Part shown: positions 1 through 9,732 of the stretch, one piece after another
Layout: the number at the start of each line of letters is the position of its first letter
Position numbering within the stretch: position 1 is the first letter of the stretch
Assembly: GCA_046754065.1 (NCBI GenBank)
Contig: JBHHVB010000001.1
Coordinates: forward strand, 2,369 to 66,368
Direction of reading: 5' to 3'
Source of the DNA: Gammaproteobacteria bacterium
GTDB taxonomy: Bacteria > Pseudomonadota > Gammaproteobacteria > SZUA-140
DNA length: 64,000 bases
Notes under the pieces: model-generated
The model's database searches: none
The model's input: only the letters and a program-made list of their open reading frames with translations
What the model was told of the DNA's origin: nothing
Position numbers and translations under genes: made by a program

Positions 1-2
1 TG

Positions 3-806
3 ATGACATTGTGGGCAGAAGAATTCAAGAGACTTTATCCTAATGTGAATATTCAGATTCAGGCCGCAGGTTCTTCTACTGCACCACCAGCCTTGACCGA
101 GGGAACCTCAAATCTTGGTCCGATGAGCCGCAAGATGAAGAACAAGGAAATCGCAGCATTTGAGAAAAAATACGGTTATAAGCCTACCGCTATTCCGGTC
201 GCAATCGATGCGCTCGCAGTTTATGTGCACAAAGATAACCCGATTAAAGGGATGAGTATTCAGGAAGTCGACGCTGTTTTCTCATCGACATTGAAATGTG
301 GTAATGATAAAAACATTACCAATTGGGGCGATCTGGGCCTTAAAGGCGCCTGGGCCGGTCGAGACATCCAGTTGTATGGACGTAACTCCGTATCGGGCAC
401 CTATGGTTACTTTAAGAAAAAAGCACTTTGCAAGGGTGACTATAGCAATTATGTTAACGAGCAGCCTGGTTCTGCATCAGTTGTTCAGTCGGTTTCCAGT
501 TCGATCAATGGTATTGGCTATTCAGGTATTGGCTACAAGACATCCGGTGTAAAAGCCGTTGCATTAACTAAAAAACATGGTGGAGACTATGTTGAAGCGA
601 CGCCTGACAACGCAGTTACTGGCAAGTATCCTTTATCACGCTTCTTGTACATATATGTGAATAAGCATCCGAACAAGGACCTGTCGCCATTGGAGCGTGA
701 ATTCATGAGAATGGTGCTTTCGCGAATTGGTCAGCAGGTCGTTATCAAGGATGGCTATATTCCATTGCCTACCAGGGTCGTAGAGAAAATGTTAGGTAAA
801 TTCTAA
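3..806 (+). CDS. pstS: Phosphate ABC transporter substrate-binding protein PstS (5' partial, continues upstream of window)
   Basis: Translation shows the PBP-family fold typical of PstS (GTYGYF, SGIGY motifs); it is followed by pstC, pstA, pstB and phoU. Confidence 0.85.
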   Translation: MTLWAEEFKRLYPNVNIQIQAAGSSTAPPALTEGTSNLGPMSRKMKNKEIAAFEKKYGYKPTAIPVAIDALAVYVHKDNPIKGMSIQEVDAVFSSTLKCGNDKNITNWGDLGLKGAWAGRDIQLYGRNSVSGTYGYFKKKALCKGDYSNYVNEQPGSASVVQSVSSSINGIGYSGIGYKTSGVKAVALTKKHGGDYVEATPDNAVTGKYPLSRFLYIYVNKHPNKDLSPLEREFMRMVLSRIGQQVVIKDGYIPLPTRVVEKMLGKF

Positions 807-826
807 TCACATAATTTCTATGCCCT

Positions 827-858
827 AGCCCCGCCCAGGAATTAGGCGGGGCTTTTTT
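827..858 (+). terminator. Rho-independent terminator downstream of pstS
   Basis: GC-rich stem agccccgcc / ggcggggct followed by a TTTTTT run, seen directly in the sequence. Confidence 0.7.
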
Positions 859-904
859 ATAGCAATTAAAAGCGGAAAGAAATTTTAATTAGGACTTTCA
901 TGAT

Positions 905-935
905 TTTGTCATAATTCTTGCCTAATATTCATTCA
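905..935 (+). promoter_or_regulatory. Pho-box-like repeat (TTGTCATaattcTTGcCTAatat) upstream of porin gene
   Basis: 7-bp CTGTCAT-like repeats at 11-bp periodicity about 70 bp upstream of the porin ATG; resembles the PhoB box consensus. Weak second half-site. Confidence 0.3.
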
Positions 936-1004
936 CACGCTTAGCTAGAATATAAATTCGATTAAAAATCAGTCTACTTTAAATTTGAGAGAGAGGGAAG
1001 ATTA

Positions 1005-1937
1005 ATGAAAAAACTGTCGTCTTGTATCATCTTTGCCGGTTTAACCGTCCCAATGGCATCAACTGCCATGGCGGAGGGTCCAATTGATGGCACGATTTAC
1101 GGAAAAATTAATACGGCTATTATTAGTCACGACAATGGTGCTACTGATGAAGTGAGAATGGTCAACAACGCTTCTCGCCTGGGTATCAAGGGTAAAACCG
1201 ACCTGGATGACGCTATGTCCGTTGTTTACAAGCTTGAGTATGAAATTGCTCCGGATGAATCTGCCGCAGACAAGGGTGGAAGTGGAATATTCAAGCAACG
1301 TAATGCGTACGTAGGCTTGGGTACAAGCGTCGGCACATTTTTGGCGGGTAGGCATGATACGCCATTAAAATCCGCTCAGGGCAAGATTGATCTGTTCAAT
1401 GACCTGCAAGTCGGGGATATTAAAAATATTGTTAATGGGGAAGAGCGTATAAGCAATATCTTCATCTACCGTTCTCCTGAGTTTAACAATCTTCAGGTGG
1501 AGGCTGCTACCCAGTTTGAAGATGATCCTGCAAAAGACGATGGTACGTCTGTCTCGTTGAAGTATAACAGGGACAACCTGTATGTGGCCGCAGCAGTTGA
1601 CAGTAAAGTTGACGGAATGGATGTGGTGAGGCTTGCAGGCCAATATAAATTGGATGCCTTGACGGTAGGCGCGATCCTGAACCAGTCTGAAGCTTCTTCT
1701 GGTGGTAGCGCTGAAAACGGTTTTATTGTGAGTGGATCCTATAAGGTTGATAGCCTCACATTAAAGGCGCAAGTGGCATCCTCTGATGAAAAAGCCAAGG
1801 GTGGGCAACAAGTCGCACTGGGTGTTGATAAAAAACTAGGCAAGAAAACCAAGGCGTTTGTGTATTTTGCACAGGTTGAAGATGATGTAAATGCTAAAAA
1901 ATCTGCCTCGGGAGTAGGTCTAGAGCACAAGTTCTAA
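1005..1937 (+). CDS. Outer-membrane porin (Gram-negative porin family), embedded in the pst operon
   Basis: N-terminal signal peptide (ends AMA-EG), alternating beta-strand pattern and C-terminal Phe. Its position between pstS and pstC suggests a phosphate-regulated porin. Confidence 0.6.
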   Translation: MKKLSSCIIFAGLTVPMASTAMAEGPIDGTIYGKINTAIISHDNGATDEVRMVNNASRLGIKGKTDLDDAMSVVYKLEYEIAPDESAADKGGSGIFKQRNAYVGLGTSVGTFLAGRHDTPLKSAQGKIDLFNDLQVGDIKNIVNGEERISNIFIYRSPEFNNLQVEAATQFEDDPAKDDGTSVSLKYNRDNLYVAAAVDSKVDGMDVVRLAGQYKLDALTVGAILNQSEASSGGSAENGFIVSGSYKVDSLTLKAQVASSDEKAKGGQQVALGVDKKLGKKTKAFVYFAQVEDDVNAKKSASGVGLEHKF

Positions 1938-1960
1938 ACCCATCACTCACGTCACCAAAG

Positions 1961-1995
1961 GGCAGGATTCCACATTCGGGGATCCTGCCTTTTTT
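1961..1995 (+). terminator. Rho-independent terminator after porin gene
   Basis: Stem ggcaggat / atcctgcc followed by TTTTTT. Confidence 0.7.
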
Positions 1996-2004
1996 ATTTC
2001 AATT

Positions 2005-2022
2005 TTGTCATATTTCTGTAAC
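2005..2022 (+). promoter_or_regulatory. Pho box (TTGTCAT-ATTT-CTGTAAC) upstream of pstC
   Basis: Two 7-bp direct repeats matching the CTGTCAT PhoB half-site with a 4-bp AT spacer, about 23 bp upstream of the annotated pstC ATG. Confidence 0.45.
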
Positions 2023-2044
2023 AAATGCCGTTTAAACTGGCTGG

Positions 2045-4321
2045 ATGAGGGGGAGCGGCGATAAAACCATTTCGATACCGGGGATAAAGGAAGAAAAAAA
2101 GTTACGCAGGAGACGTTGGCGCTATATAAAGGACGGTCTTGCTCGCTATGGCGTGGCATTTGGTGGTATTAGTGTGATCATAGCGATCGTGCTGATTTTC
2201 TTTTACCTGCTTTATGTTGTTTATCCGCTGTTTATATCGGCTAAAGCTGAAAAAGTGGCCAGCTATGAGGCGTATGGCAATACTTCAGAAAAAACCGTGT
2301 ACCTGGCGATGGAAGAGCAGGCGGAAATCGCAGTGCGGTTTACAGTTAACGGGACTGTTGCATTTTTCGATACGAAAACAGGTAAGGAAATTTCCAATTA
2401 TTCTATCGAGTTACCCGAAGGCACTGAGCTAAGCAGCTTTTCCGCTGCCAATCCCAGCACTGGTGTCGTTGCTTATGGTCTGACAAATGGTACCGCCATC
2501 ATGGCCCGCCATATTTATCAGGTCAGTTACCCGAATGATGTGCGGACCATTACACCCAAAGTCAAATTTCCGCTTGGAGAAGATCCGCTTGAGATTGACT
2601 TTCGGGGAAACGCTATTAACAAAATCGCCATTCAGGACAACGATGAGGGCGTCAGTTTTGCAGCAATCACTGGCGATAACAGGCTGATATTGACCTATTT
2701 TGCCAAAGAAGAATCACTATTCGATGATGAAGCATCTCTGGAAAAAAGCCAGATTCTTATCGAACAATCTGTTGATGCCCGTTACCTGCTTGTGGATAAA
2801 GAACAGCGAAACCTGTATCTGAGTGATAAGAATGGGCGGCTGAGTCATTATGACATCAGTGACAAGGAATCACCGGAGCTGGTACAGCAAATAAATATAG
2901 TCGAGGCCGGTAGCCAGTTGACCAGTTTGCGCTTTCTTACCGGCGATATTTCATTATTAGTCGGGGATTCCCGTGGTCGAATCAGCCAGTGGTTTTCCGT
3001 GCGCAATCAACACAACCAGCCCGAACTTACGCGAATTAGGCAGTTCAAGCTAGGTAATGTTGCTGTTCAGGGTATTGCGCCAGAATATTCCCGCAAGGGT
3101 TTTGTCGCAATTGACAGCGGTGGGCAGTTCGGAATCTATAATACAACGGCTGAACGTTTGTTGTTAAATGAGCAGGTATCTTCGGTGGGACTGTCCCATA
3201 TAGCAATTGCTCCTCGCGCAAATGCGATGATGATTGAGGACGGTGAGGGGCAATTACATTTCTGGTCTATAGAGAATGAACATCCAGAAGTTTCATGGTC
3301 TGCGCTTTGGGAAAAAGTCTGGTATGAAAGCTATCGGGAGCCAGACTATATATGGCAATCTTCTTCTTCAAGTGATGATTTCGAACCGAAACTGAGTTTA
3401 ACGCCGCTGGTTTTTGGTACCCTTAAGGCAGCATTTTATGCGATGCTGATTGCAATACCGTTGGCGCTCTTGGGTGCGATCTATACGGCCTATTTTATGG
3501 CACCTCGTTCAAGGGGTTTTGTAAAACCCAGTATCGAGGTTATGGAAGCATTGCCGACGGTTATACTCGGGTTTCTGGCGGGGTTATGGTTGGCACCGTT
3601 CATAGAGGTAAATCTACCGGGCGTATTTAGCCTGTTGTTAGTGATGCCAACTGGAATTCTCCTGTTTGCTTTTGCCTGGCAGCAGTTACCCGGTCGAATT
3701 CGTCATTTAATACCGGATGGATGGGATGCGGCATTATTGATTCCTGTCGTATTGTTGCTGGGTTATCTGTCTATTGCGTCTAGCCAACCGTTGGAAAAAT
3801 TATTTTTCGACGGCGATATGCGTTCCTGGTTGAGTAACACGCTTGGCGTCGGTTTTGACCAGCGTAACGCCATAGTAGTAGGCATCGCAATGGGGTTTGC
3901 GGTGATTCCGACCATATTTTCAATCGCTGAAGACGCGATATTCAGCGTACCCAAGCATTTAAGCTTTGGTTCGCTTGCATTAGGTGCGACACCGTGGCAG
4001 ACGCTGGTGAAAGTCGTGCTACTTACCGCGAGTCCTGGAATATTTTCCGCAGTGATGATCGGTACCGGCAGGGCAGTAGGTGAAACCATGATCGTATTGA
4101 TGGCCACAGGTAATACACCATTAATGGACCTGAGTATTTTTCAGGGAATGCGTACCCTGTCGGCAAATATCGCCGTCGAAATGCCAGAATCCGAGGTAGC
4201 GAGTACACACTACCGGGTCTTGTTTCTTGCCGCCCTGGTGTTATTCATGTTTACTTTTTTATTTAATACTGTCGCTGAGATTGTCCGTCAGCGTCTACGT
4301 AAAAAGTACAGTAGCTTATGA
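2045..4321 (+). CDS. pstC: Phosphate ABC transporter permease PstC (long form, 758 aa)
   Basis: Multi-TM permease with the EAA-loop region; long N-terminal extension as in Pseudomonas-type PstC. Its stop overlaps the pstA start (ATGA). Confidence 0.85.
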   Translation: MRGSGDKTISIPGIKEEKKLRRRRWRYIKDGLARYGVAFGGISVIIAIVLIFFYLLYVVYPLFISAKAEKVASYEAYGNTSEKTVYLAMEEQAEIAVRFTVNGTVAFFDTKTGKEISNYSIELPEGTELSSFSAANPSTGVVAYGLTNGTAIMARHIYQVSYPNDVRTITPKVKFPLGEDPLEIDFRGNAINKIAIQDNDEGVSFAAITGDNRLILTYFAKEESLFDDEASLEKSQILIEQSVDARYLLVDKEQRNLYLSDKNGRLSHYDISDKESPELVQQINIVEAGSQLTSLRFLTGDISLLVGDSRGRISQWFSVRNQHNQPELTRIRQFKLGNVAVQGIAPEYSRKGFVAIDSGGQFGIYNTTAERLLLNEQVSSVGLSHIAIAPRANAMMIEDGEGQLHFWSIENEHPEVSWSALWEKVWYESYREPDYIWQSSSSSDDFEPKLSLTPLVFGTLKAAFYAMLIAIPLALLGAIYTAYFMAPRSRGFVKPSIEVMEALPTVILGFLAGLWLAPFIEVNLPGVFSLLLVMPTGILLFAFAWQQLPGRIRHLIPDGWDAALLIPVVLLLGYLSIASSQPLEKLFFDGDMRSWLSNTLGVGFDQRNAIVVGIAMGFAVIPTIFSIAEDAIFSVPKHLSFGSLALGATPWQTLVKVVLLTASPGIFSAVMIGTGRAVGETMIVLMATGNTPLMDLSIFQGMRTLSANIAVEMPESEVASTHYRVLFLAALVLFMFTFLFNTVAEIVRQRLRKKYSSL

Positions 4322-5973
4322 TCAGGAAATGGATTCAAAGCGGTAAACCCTGGATATGGCTCAGCGCGTCGGCCGTTAGTATTAGCATGGTGATGGTTTT
4401 TGGCTTGCTATTTTTGATTGCGGTGCGTGGACTGCATCACTTCTGGCCTTCTGAACTGGTTTCTTATGATTACACCAGTCGAGGTGGTTCAGTTGTTAAA
4501 CTGGTGGGTGAAGTCCACGAGACAGAAAGCGTCTCAACTCAGACGTTGGTAGATGCCGGGTTTGATGTTGATGTCTCAAAAAAACAGACGACCCGATATC
4601 TGGTCAAGGTCGGTAATCGTGAGATCGCTGGCCAGGATTTTCGCTGGTTATTACAGGACAAGATACAGAAGCGCGATACACCTAAAGAACTGATTGCTAT
4701 GGAACGCCGCGAATGGGGTAATTTTTATGGTTATCTCATCGCAGTAAAACAGCAGGGAAAGGTCGTTGCAGAAGGGGACGCCGCATTTGCTGAATTATCA
4801 AATAGGGTTGAAAGAGCGTTAATAATCAATGAAAAAATACAGGATATTCAGCATGGAGAGATAGGTTCGATCAACTATCAGCTGGAACGACTCAGATTGA
4901 AAGAGCGTGCGCTTGAACTGAAGGATAACCTGACCCCGGTACTGATTGCAGAGATTGAAAGCCAACGACTGTCGTTGCAAAATGAATACAAAAATCTGGA
5001 AAAGAAGCAAACAACGCTTTATCAGCAGATAAACAGGGATAGCGTTGTCATGCAAACGGCTGATGGGAGGTCGGTCGAAATTCCGCTGGCCAAGGCGGTG
5101 CTGGTTTATCAGCCTAACAAAATGTCTGCTTCTGAAAAGATAAAATTGTACTTTTCGAAGCTGTGGGAGTTTGTCAGTGAGGAGCCTCGTGAGGCAAATA
5201 CCGAGGGTGGCATATTTCCAGCCATATTTGGAACCGTCATGATGGTTATTATCATGTCAATCATGGTAACGCCATTTGGTGTCGTCGCAGCGGTCTATTT
5301 GCGTGAATATGCCAGGCAAGGGCCATTAACCCGTTTGATCCGGATCGCGGTTAACAATCTTGCGGGCGTGCCTTCTATTGTTTATGGTGTCTTTGGACTT
5401 GGGTTTTTTGTATATTTTCTGGGTGGTAATATCGATCAGTTGTTTTATCCGGAGGCGTTGCCGGCACCGACATTTGGAACACCGGGCATTCTCTGGGCCT
5501 CATTAACACTATCGATTCTGACTGTCCCTGTTGTAATTGTTGCAACAGAGGAGGGTCTGTCCCGAATACCCAAGTCTATTCGGGAGGGTAGTCTGGCGCT
5601 GGGTGCGACAAAGGCAGAGACACTGTGGCGTACGATATTACCTATGGCGAGTCCAGCCATGATGACAGGGCTTATACTTGCAGTAGCGAGGGCCGCAGGT
5701 GAGGTTGCTCCATTGATGCTGGTAGGCGTTGTGAAGCTTGCGCCATCACTGCCATTGGATGGCAATTTCCCCTTTATGCATCTGGATCGTAAATTTATGC
5801 ATCTGGGATTTCATATTTTTGACGTGGGTTTTCAAAGCCCTAACGTCGAGGCTGCCAGACCACTGGTCTACGCGACAGCGCTGCTTTTGGTTCTGGTTAT
5901 CGTTGTTTTGAACCTTGCTGCAATAGGCATCCGCAATCACTTGCGAGAGAAATATCGGGCGCTGGAAAATTAG
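4318..5973 (+). CDS. pstA: Phosphate ABC transporter permease PstA (long form, 551 aa)
   Basis: ABC permease with a C-terminal TM bundle; sits between pstC and pstB. Confidence 0.85.
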   Translation: MIRKWIQSGKPWIWLSASAVSISMVMVFGLLFLIAVRGLHHFWPSELVSYDYTSRGGSVVKLVGEVHETESVSTQTLVDAGFDVDVSKKQTTRYLVKVGNREIAGQDFRWLLQDKIQKRDTPKELIAMERREWGNFYGYLIAVKQQGKVVAEGDAAFAELSNRVERALIINEKIQDIQHGEIGSINYQLERLRLKERALELKDNLTPVLIAEIESQRLSLQNEYKNLEKKQTTLYQQINRDSVVMQTADGRSVEIPLAKAVLVYQPNKMSASEKIKLYFSKLWEFVSEEPREANTEGGIFPAIFGTVMMVIIMSIMVTPFGVVAAVYLREYARQGPLTRLIRIAVNNLAGVPSIVYGVFGLGFFVYFLGGNIDQLFYPEALPAPTFGTPGILWASLTLSILTVPVVIVATEEGLSRIPKSIREGSLALGATKAETLWRTILPMASPAMMTGLILAVARAAGEVAPLMLVGVVKLAPSLPLDGNFPFMHLDRKFMHLGFHIFDVGFQSPNVEAARPLVYATALLLVLVIVVLNLAAIGIRNHLREKYRALEN

Positions 5974-6061
5974 ATTCAGGGAAAACGATTCTGCGGTACC
6001 AATTAATTCCGGTGAAATGTAATCGCTGAGGGAATAAATTAAGAATATCAAGAGACAGAAC

Positions 6062-6895
6062 ATGCAGGAAAACACAGCAAAAACAGTTGTTGATATGAGT
6101 CAATTGGGGCGGGCTGAAAGCCAGAATTCAATGGTCGACGAGACCAAATGTATCGAGGTAAAGGATTTATGTCTCTATTATGATGCCAAGCAGGCATTGT
6201 ATGACATCAATATGGTGATACCGAAAAAACGGGTTACCGCGTTTATCGGCCCGAGTGGTTGTGGTAAGTCAACATTGTTACGGTGTATGAATCGCATGAA
6301 CGACCTCGTAGACAATGTCATGGTTGAAGGTCAAATTCTGATTGATGATGAAGATATTTATGACAAGAAAGTGGATGTCGCCGATCTTCGGCGCCGCGTT
6401 GGTATGGTGTTTCAGAAACCCAATCCATTTCCCAAATCCATCTATGAAAACGTGGCCTATGGGTTACGAATTCAGGGTGTTAATGATCGCCGTGTGCTTG
6501 ATGAAGTGGTTGAAAAAAGTCTGCGTGGCGCGGCTATCTGGAATGAGGTAAAAGATCGGCTGAGTGATAGTGCGCTAGGACTGTCAGGTGGTCAGCAGCA
6601 GCGATTGGTCATTGCGCGCGCCATTGCGATAGAACCTGAAGTACTGCTGCTGGATGAGCCTGCGTCAGCACTTGATCCAATTTCAACATTGAAAATTGAA
6701 GAACTAATTTATGAATTAAAGGACCAATATACTATTGTAATCGTTACACATAATATGCAGCAGGCGGCTCGTGTATCTGATTATACTGCGTTTCTGTATA
6801 TGGGTAAGATGATTGAGTATGACAATACCAACGGTATATTTACTAACCCGAGCCAGCAACAAACAGAGGATTATATTACTGGTCGTTATGGATAA
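6062..6895 (+). CDS. pstB: Phosphate ABC transporter ATP-binding protein PstB
   Basis: Walker [13 protein letters not shown] signature LSGGQQQR, Walker B LLLDEP. Confidence 0.9.
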   Translation: MQENTAKTVVDMSQLGRAESQNSMVDETKCIEVKDLCLYYDAKQALYDINMVIPKKRVTAFIGPSGCGKSTLLRCMNRMNDLVDNVMVEGQILIDDEDIYDKKVDVADLRRRVGMVFQKPNPFPKSIYENVAYGLRIQGVNDRRVLDEVVEKSLRGAAIWNEVKDRLSDSALGLSGGQQQRLVIARAIAIEPEVLLLDEPASALDPISTLKIEELIYELKDQYTIVIVTHNMQQAARVSDYTAFLYMGKMIEYDNTNGIFTNPSQQQTEDYITGRYG

Positions 6896-6915
6896 ATTCG
6901 CAAAGGGCAAGCATC

Positions 6916-7641
6916 ATGGATAATCGTATTGGACATCATATTTCACAGCAGTATAACGCGGAATTAGAAGATATCCGTAGTCGAGTTTTAGGTATGGGTG
7001 GGTTGGTAGAGCAACAAATCAGGGAGGCCGTGGATGCATTGGTGCAAAGTGACCAGCAAAAGGCAGAGTCAGTTATTAATAATGATTACAAGGTTAATGC
7101 ACTGGAAGTTTCCATCGATGTCGAATGTACCCAGATTCTTGCGCGTCGCCAGCCTGCGGCAGGCGACCTTCGCCTTATCGTTGCCATCATCAAGACGATT
7201 ACTGACCTTGAAAGAATCGGTGATCATGCAGAAAAAGTGGCTCGTATGGCACTAAAGCTAGCCGAGCTTGATCGACCAAACAACCAGTATCTGGAGATTC
7301 AGGCGATCGGTAATCATGTAACCGGTATGTTGCACGATACCCTGGATGCATTTTCTCGCATGGACCCGGAAGCAGCCATCAAGGTCGCCAAGGAAGATGA
7401 GCAGGTAGACCATGAGTACGAGAGTATCCTGCGACAGCTAATAACCCATATGATGGAAGACCCGCGCCAGATTAAACGTGTTATGGGAGTCATCTGGTCT
7501 GTCAGGGCACTGGAGCGGATTGGTGATCATGCTTGTAATATCTGCGAGTACATCATCTATCTTGTGAAGGGTAAGGACGTTCGCCATACCAGTCTGGAGA
7601 AAATGGAACAGGCCGCAATTACCGACAGACGAAACACGTAA
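6916..7641 (+). CDS. phoU: Phosphate signalling complex protein PhoU
   Basis: Duplicated PhoU repeats with the ERIGDHA motif present twice; lies immediately after pstB. Confidence 0.9.
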   Translation: MDNRIGHHISQQYNAELEDIRSRVLGMGGLVEQQIREAVDALVQSDQQKAESVINNDYKVNALEVSIDVECTQILARRQPAAGDLRLIVAIIKTITDLERIGDHAEKVARMALKLAELDRPNNQYLEIQAIGNHVTGMLHDTLDAFSRMDPEAAIKVAKEDEQVDHEYESILRQLITHMMEDPRQIKRVMGVIWSVRALERIGDHACNICEYIIYLVKGKDVRHTSLEKMEQAAITDRRNT

Positions 7642-8207
7642 AACATTTTTTAGAGCAACAGAATAGTAAATCCAGTAGATTCTTTATGTAAATCAAGAAA
7701 AATCGTTATAAAGAATATTTGCTGAAAGTACCTTATCAGCGCAGTTCGGACAAAATATCTTTTTGTAATCCAGGATCTCGTTGCTTTAATAACAGTTAAT
7801 CCATAACTGATAATTGCAGGTTTCACACATCAGAAAAGTTGTAGGCGCAGCAAAGGTATATTTGCTGCGGTCGCACATTAGATTATTTTTCATGTTGTTG
7901 TCTTTGATCGTTGTTATTAATTTTTTGCGGTCTATGATTACGTCATTCCCTTCTTAGCGGGTAAGATTGTTGTTGAGTTAACATCAGTTTGCCCGGGGTA
8001 GAATCGTGTCGTTTCGTGCTGGAACCCCCAATATCAACGAAATCAATATACTATCATTTAACGCGGCGCAAAAACGCCGAAAATGTCCCAGTTAATTTAA
8101 TAATCCATTGAACTTGTTCTTGTTCTCTAGCCCGTTAAAACAACGGGATAATGTGCAATTAACTATTGTCTATGGCTGACCGGGAACAGCCGTGGTCTCA
8201 TTGCGGA

Positions 8208-8690
8208 TCAATCGTTAGTGATACCGCTAAAGCCTGTTTGCCGCCATGCTTCGTAGACGATGATCGAAACGGCATTAGCCAGGTTTATGCTGCGGTTGTT
8301 TGGCAGCATCGGTATTCGAATGATATTTTCCGTAGGGAGTTGCTCGAGTATCTGATTCGGCAGGCCTCTGGTTTCCGGGCCAAACAGGAAGCTGTCACCT
8401 ACCCTGTAAGATTGTTCATGATAGGCTTGTTTGCCTTTCGTTGAACAGGCGAAGATCCGTCTGCCGTCCTGATTAATGTCGAGAGCAGATGTCAACGCGT
8501 CATAATTATCATGTTCAACAGTACTGGTAAAATCGCTGTAATCAAGGCGGGCCCGCCTGAGTTGTTTTTCCTCTAGTGTGAAGCCCAGCGGGTGAATCAG
8601 GTGCAGGTTCGCACCACAGTTAGCGCAGAGTCTAATGATATTGCCGGTATTTGGCGGAATTTCGGGTTCAAACAGCGCAATATTAAACAT
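8208..8690 (-). CDS. trmL: tRNA (cytidine/uridine-2'-O)-methyltransferase TrmL (SpoU family)
   Basis: The protein starting MFNIALFEPEIPPNTGNIIRLCANCG matches the SPOUT TrmL N-terminus. The ORF-track entry carries a 130-codon non-coding N-terminal extension; the ATG at 8688-8690 is the plausible start. Confidence 0.8.
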   Translation of the reverse strand: MFNIALFEPEIPPNTGNIIRLCANCGANLHLIHPLGFTLEEKQLRRARLDYSDFTSTVEHDNYDALTSALDINQDGRRIFACSTKGKQAYHEQSYRVGDSFLFGPETRGLPNQILEQLPTENIIRIPMLPNNRSINLANAVSIIVYEAWRQTGFSGITND

Positions 8691-8751
8691 GGTAGAATAA
8701 TTCCCTAATCTGTTACCAGAATTTATCTGGATTGATCTGGAGTCGTATGGA

Positions 8752-9690
8752 ATGAAAGCTAATAATAGTCTGGCATTGAATTTTTGCGGGATGCAGTTTG
8801 ATTCTCCAATTGTGTTGCTTTCAGGTTGTGTCGGATTTGGGGAAGAATATACGCGTGTGCAGGGATTTTCAAATACCGATGTCGGTGCTGTGTGTTTGAA
8901 AGGGACGACACTGGAGCCCCGTCTGGGGAATCCGCCGCATCGAGTCTGCGAGACGCCGATGGGTATGATTAACGCGATCGGTTTGCAGAACCCAGGGGCA
9001 GAACATGTGGTGAACAATATACTGCCAGGTCTGGATTTCACTGAAACGCGCTTTGTCGCCAATGTTTCCGGTTCTACCATTGAAGAATATCAGGAAGTAA
9101 CCAGAATCTTTAACGACTCAGCGATTGATGCGATTGAAATCAATATTTCCTGTCCCAACGTAAAAGAAGGCGGTGTGACCTTTGGCAATGATCCGGCCAT
9201 GTCGGCAAGGGTCGTCGCAGCATGCCGTTCTGTCACTGACAAGCCATTGATTACTAAGCTTTCCCCGAACCAGACCGACATTGCCGGAAATGCCCGGGGT
9301 TGCATTGATGCAGGAACCGATGCGTTTGCGGTGATTAACACCCTGATGGGGATGGCGGTGGACATCGAGCAAAGAACACCGATCATCGGCAATAATCAGG
9401 GCGGCTTGTCCGGACCAGCGATCAAGCCCATTGCCTTGCTCAAGACACACCAGGTTTACCAGGTCTGTAAGCAGCACACTATCCCGATCATCGGTCAGGG
9501 AGGTATCACCTCAGCGAATGATGCACTTGAGTTTATTATTGCCGGTGCTAGCGCGGTCGGTGTTGGTACGGCACTATTTTATGATCCATTGGTGTGCAAA
9601 AAAATCAATCAGGGGATAACAGAATATCTTCAGCGACATAAAATTAGCGAGGTTGGTCAATTAACAGGCACACTGGTTCTAAATAATTGA
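8752..9690 (+). CDS. pyrD: Dihydroorotate dehydrogenase-like flavoprotein (class 1 DHOD / dihydropyrimidine dehydrogenase family)
   Basis: NAIGLQNPG motif, ISCPNV and GQGGI motifs characteristic of class-1 DHOD TIM-barrel flavoenzymes. Confidence 0.65.
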   Translation: MKANNSLALNFCGMQFDSPIVLLSGCVGFGEEYTRVQGFSNTDVGAVCLKGTTLEPRLGNPPHRVCETPMGMINAIGLQNPGAEHVVNNILPGLDFTETRFVANVSGSTIEEYQEVTRIFNDSAIDAIEINISCPNVKEGGVTFGNDPAMSARVVAACRSVTDKPLITKLSPNQTDIAGNARGCIDAGTDAFAVINTLMGMAVDIEQRTPIIGNNQGGLSGPAIKPIALLKTHQVYQVCKQHTIPIIGQGGITSANDALEFIIAGASAVGVGTALFYDPLVCKKINQGITEYLQRHKISEVGQLTGTLVLNN

Positions 9691-9732
9691 TTTATTGATC
9701 ATTAAATTAGAATTAGATATCGATTACTTGAT

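Noticed and set aside
8691-9080. 130-codon N-terminal extension of the trmL reading frame in the ORF track
   Set aside because: TrmL proteins are ~155 aa and the conserved N-terminus MFNIALFEPEIPP begins at the ATG at 8688-8690. The upstream frame has no RBS/start logic and overlaps the pyrD-like gene on the other strand, so it is an open but non-coding extension.
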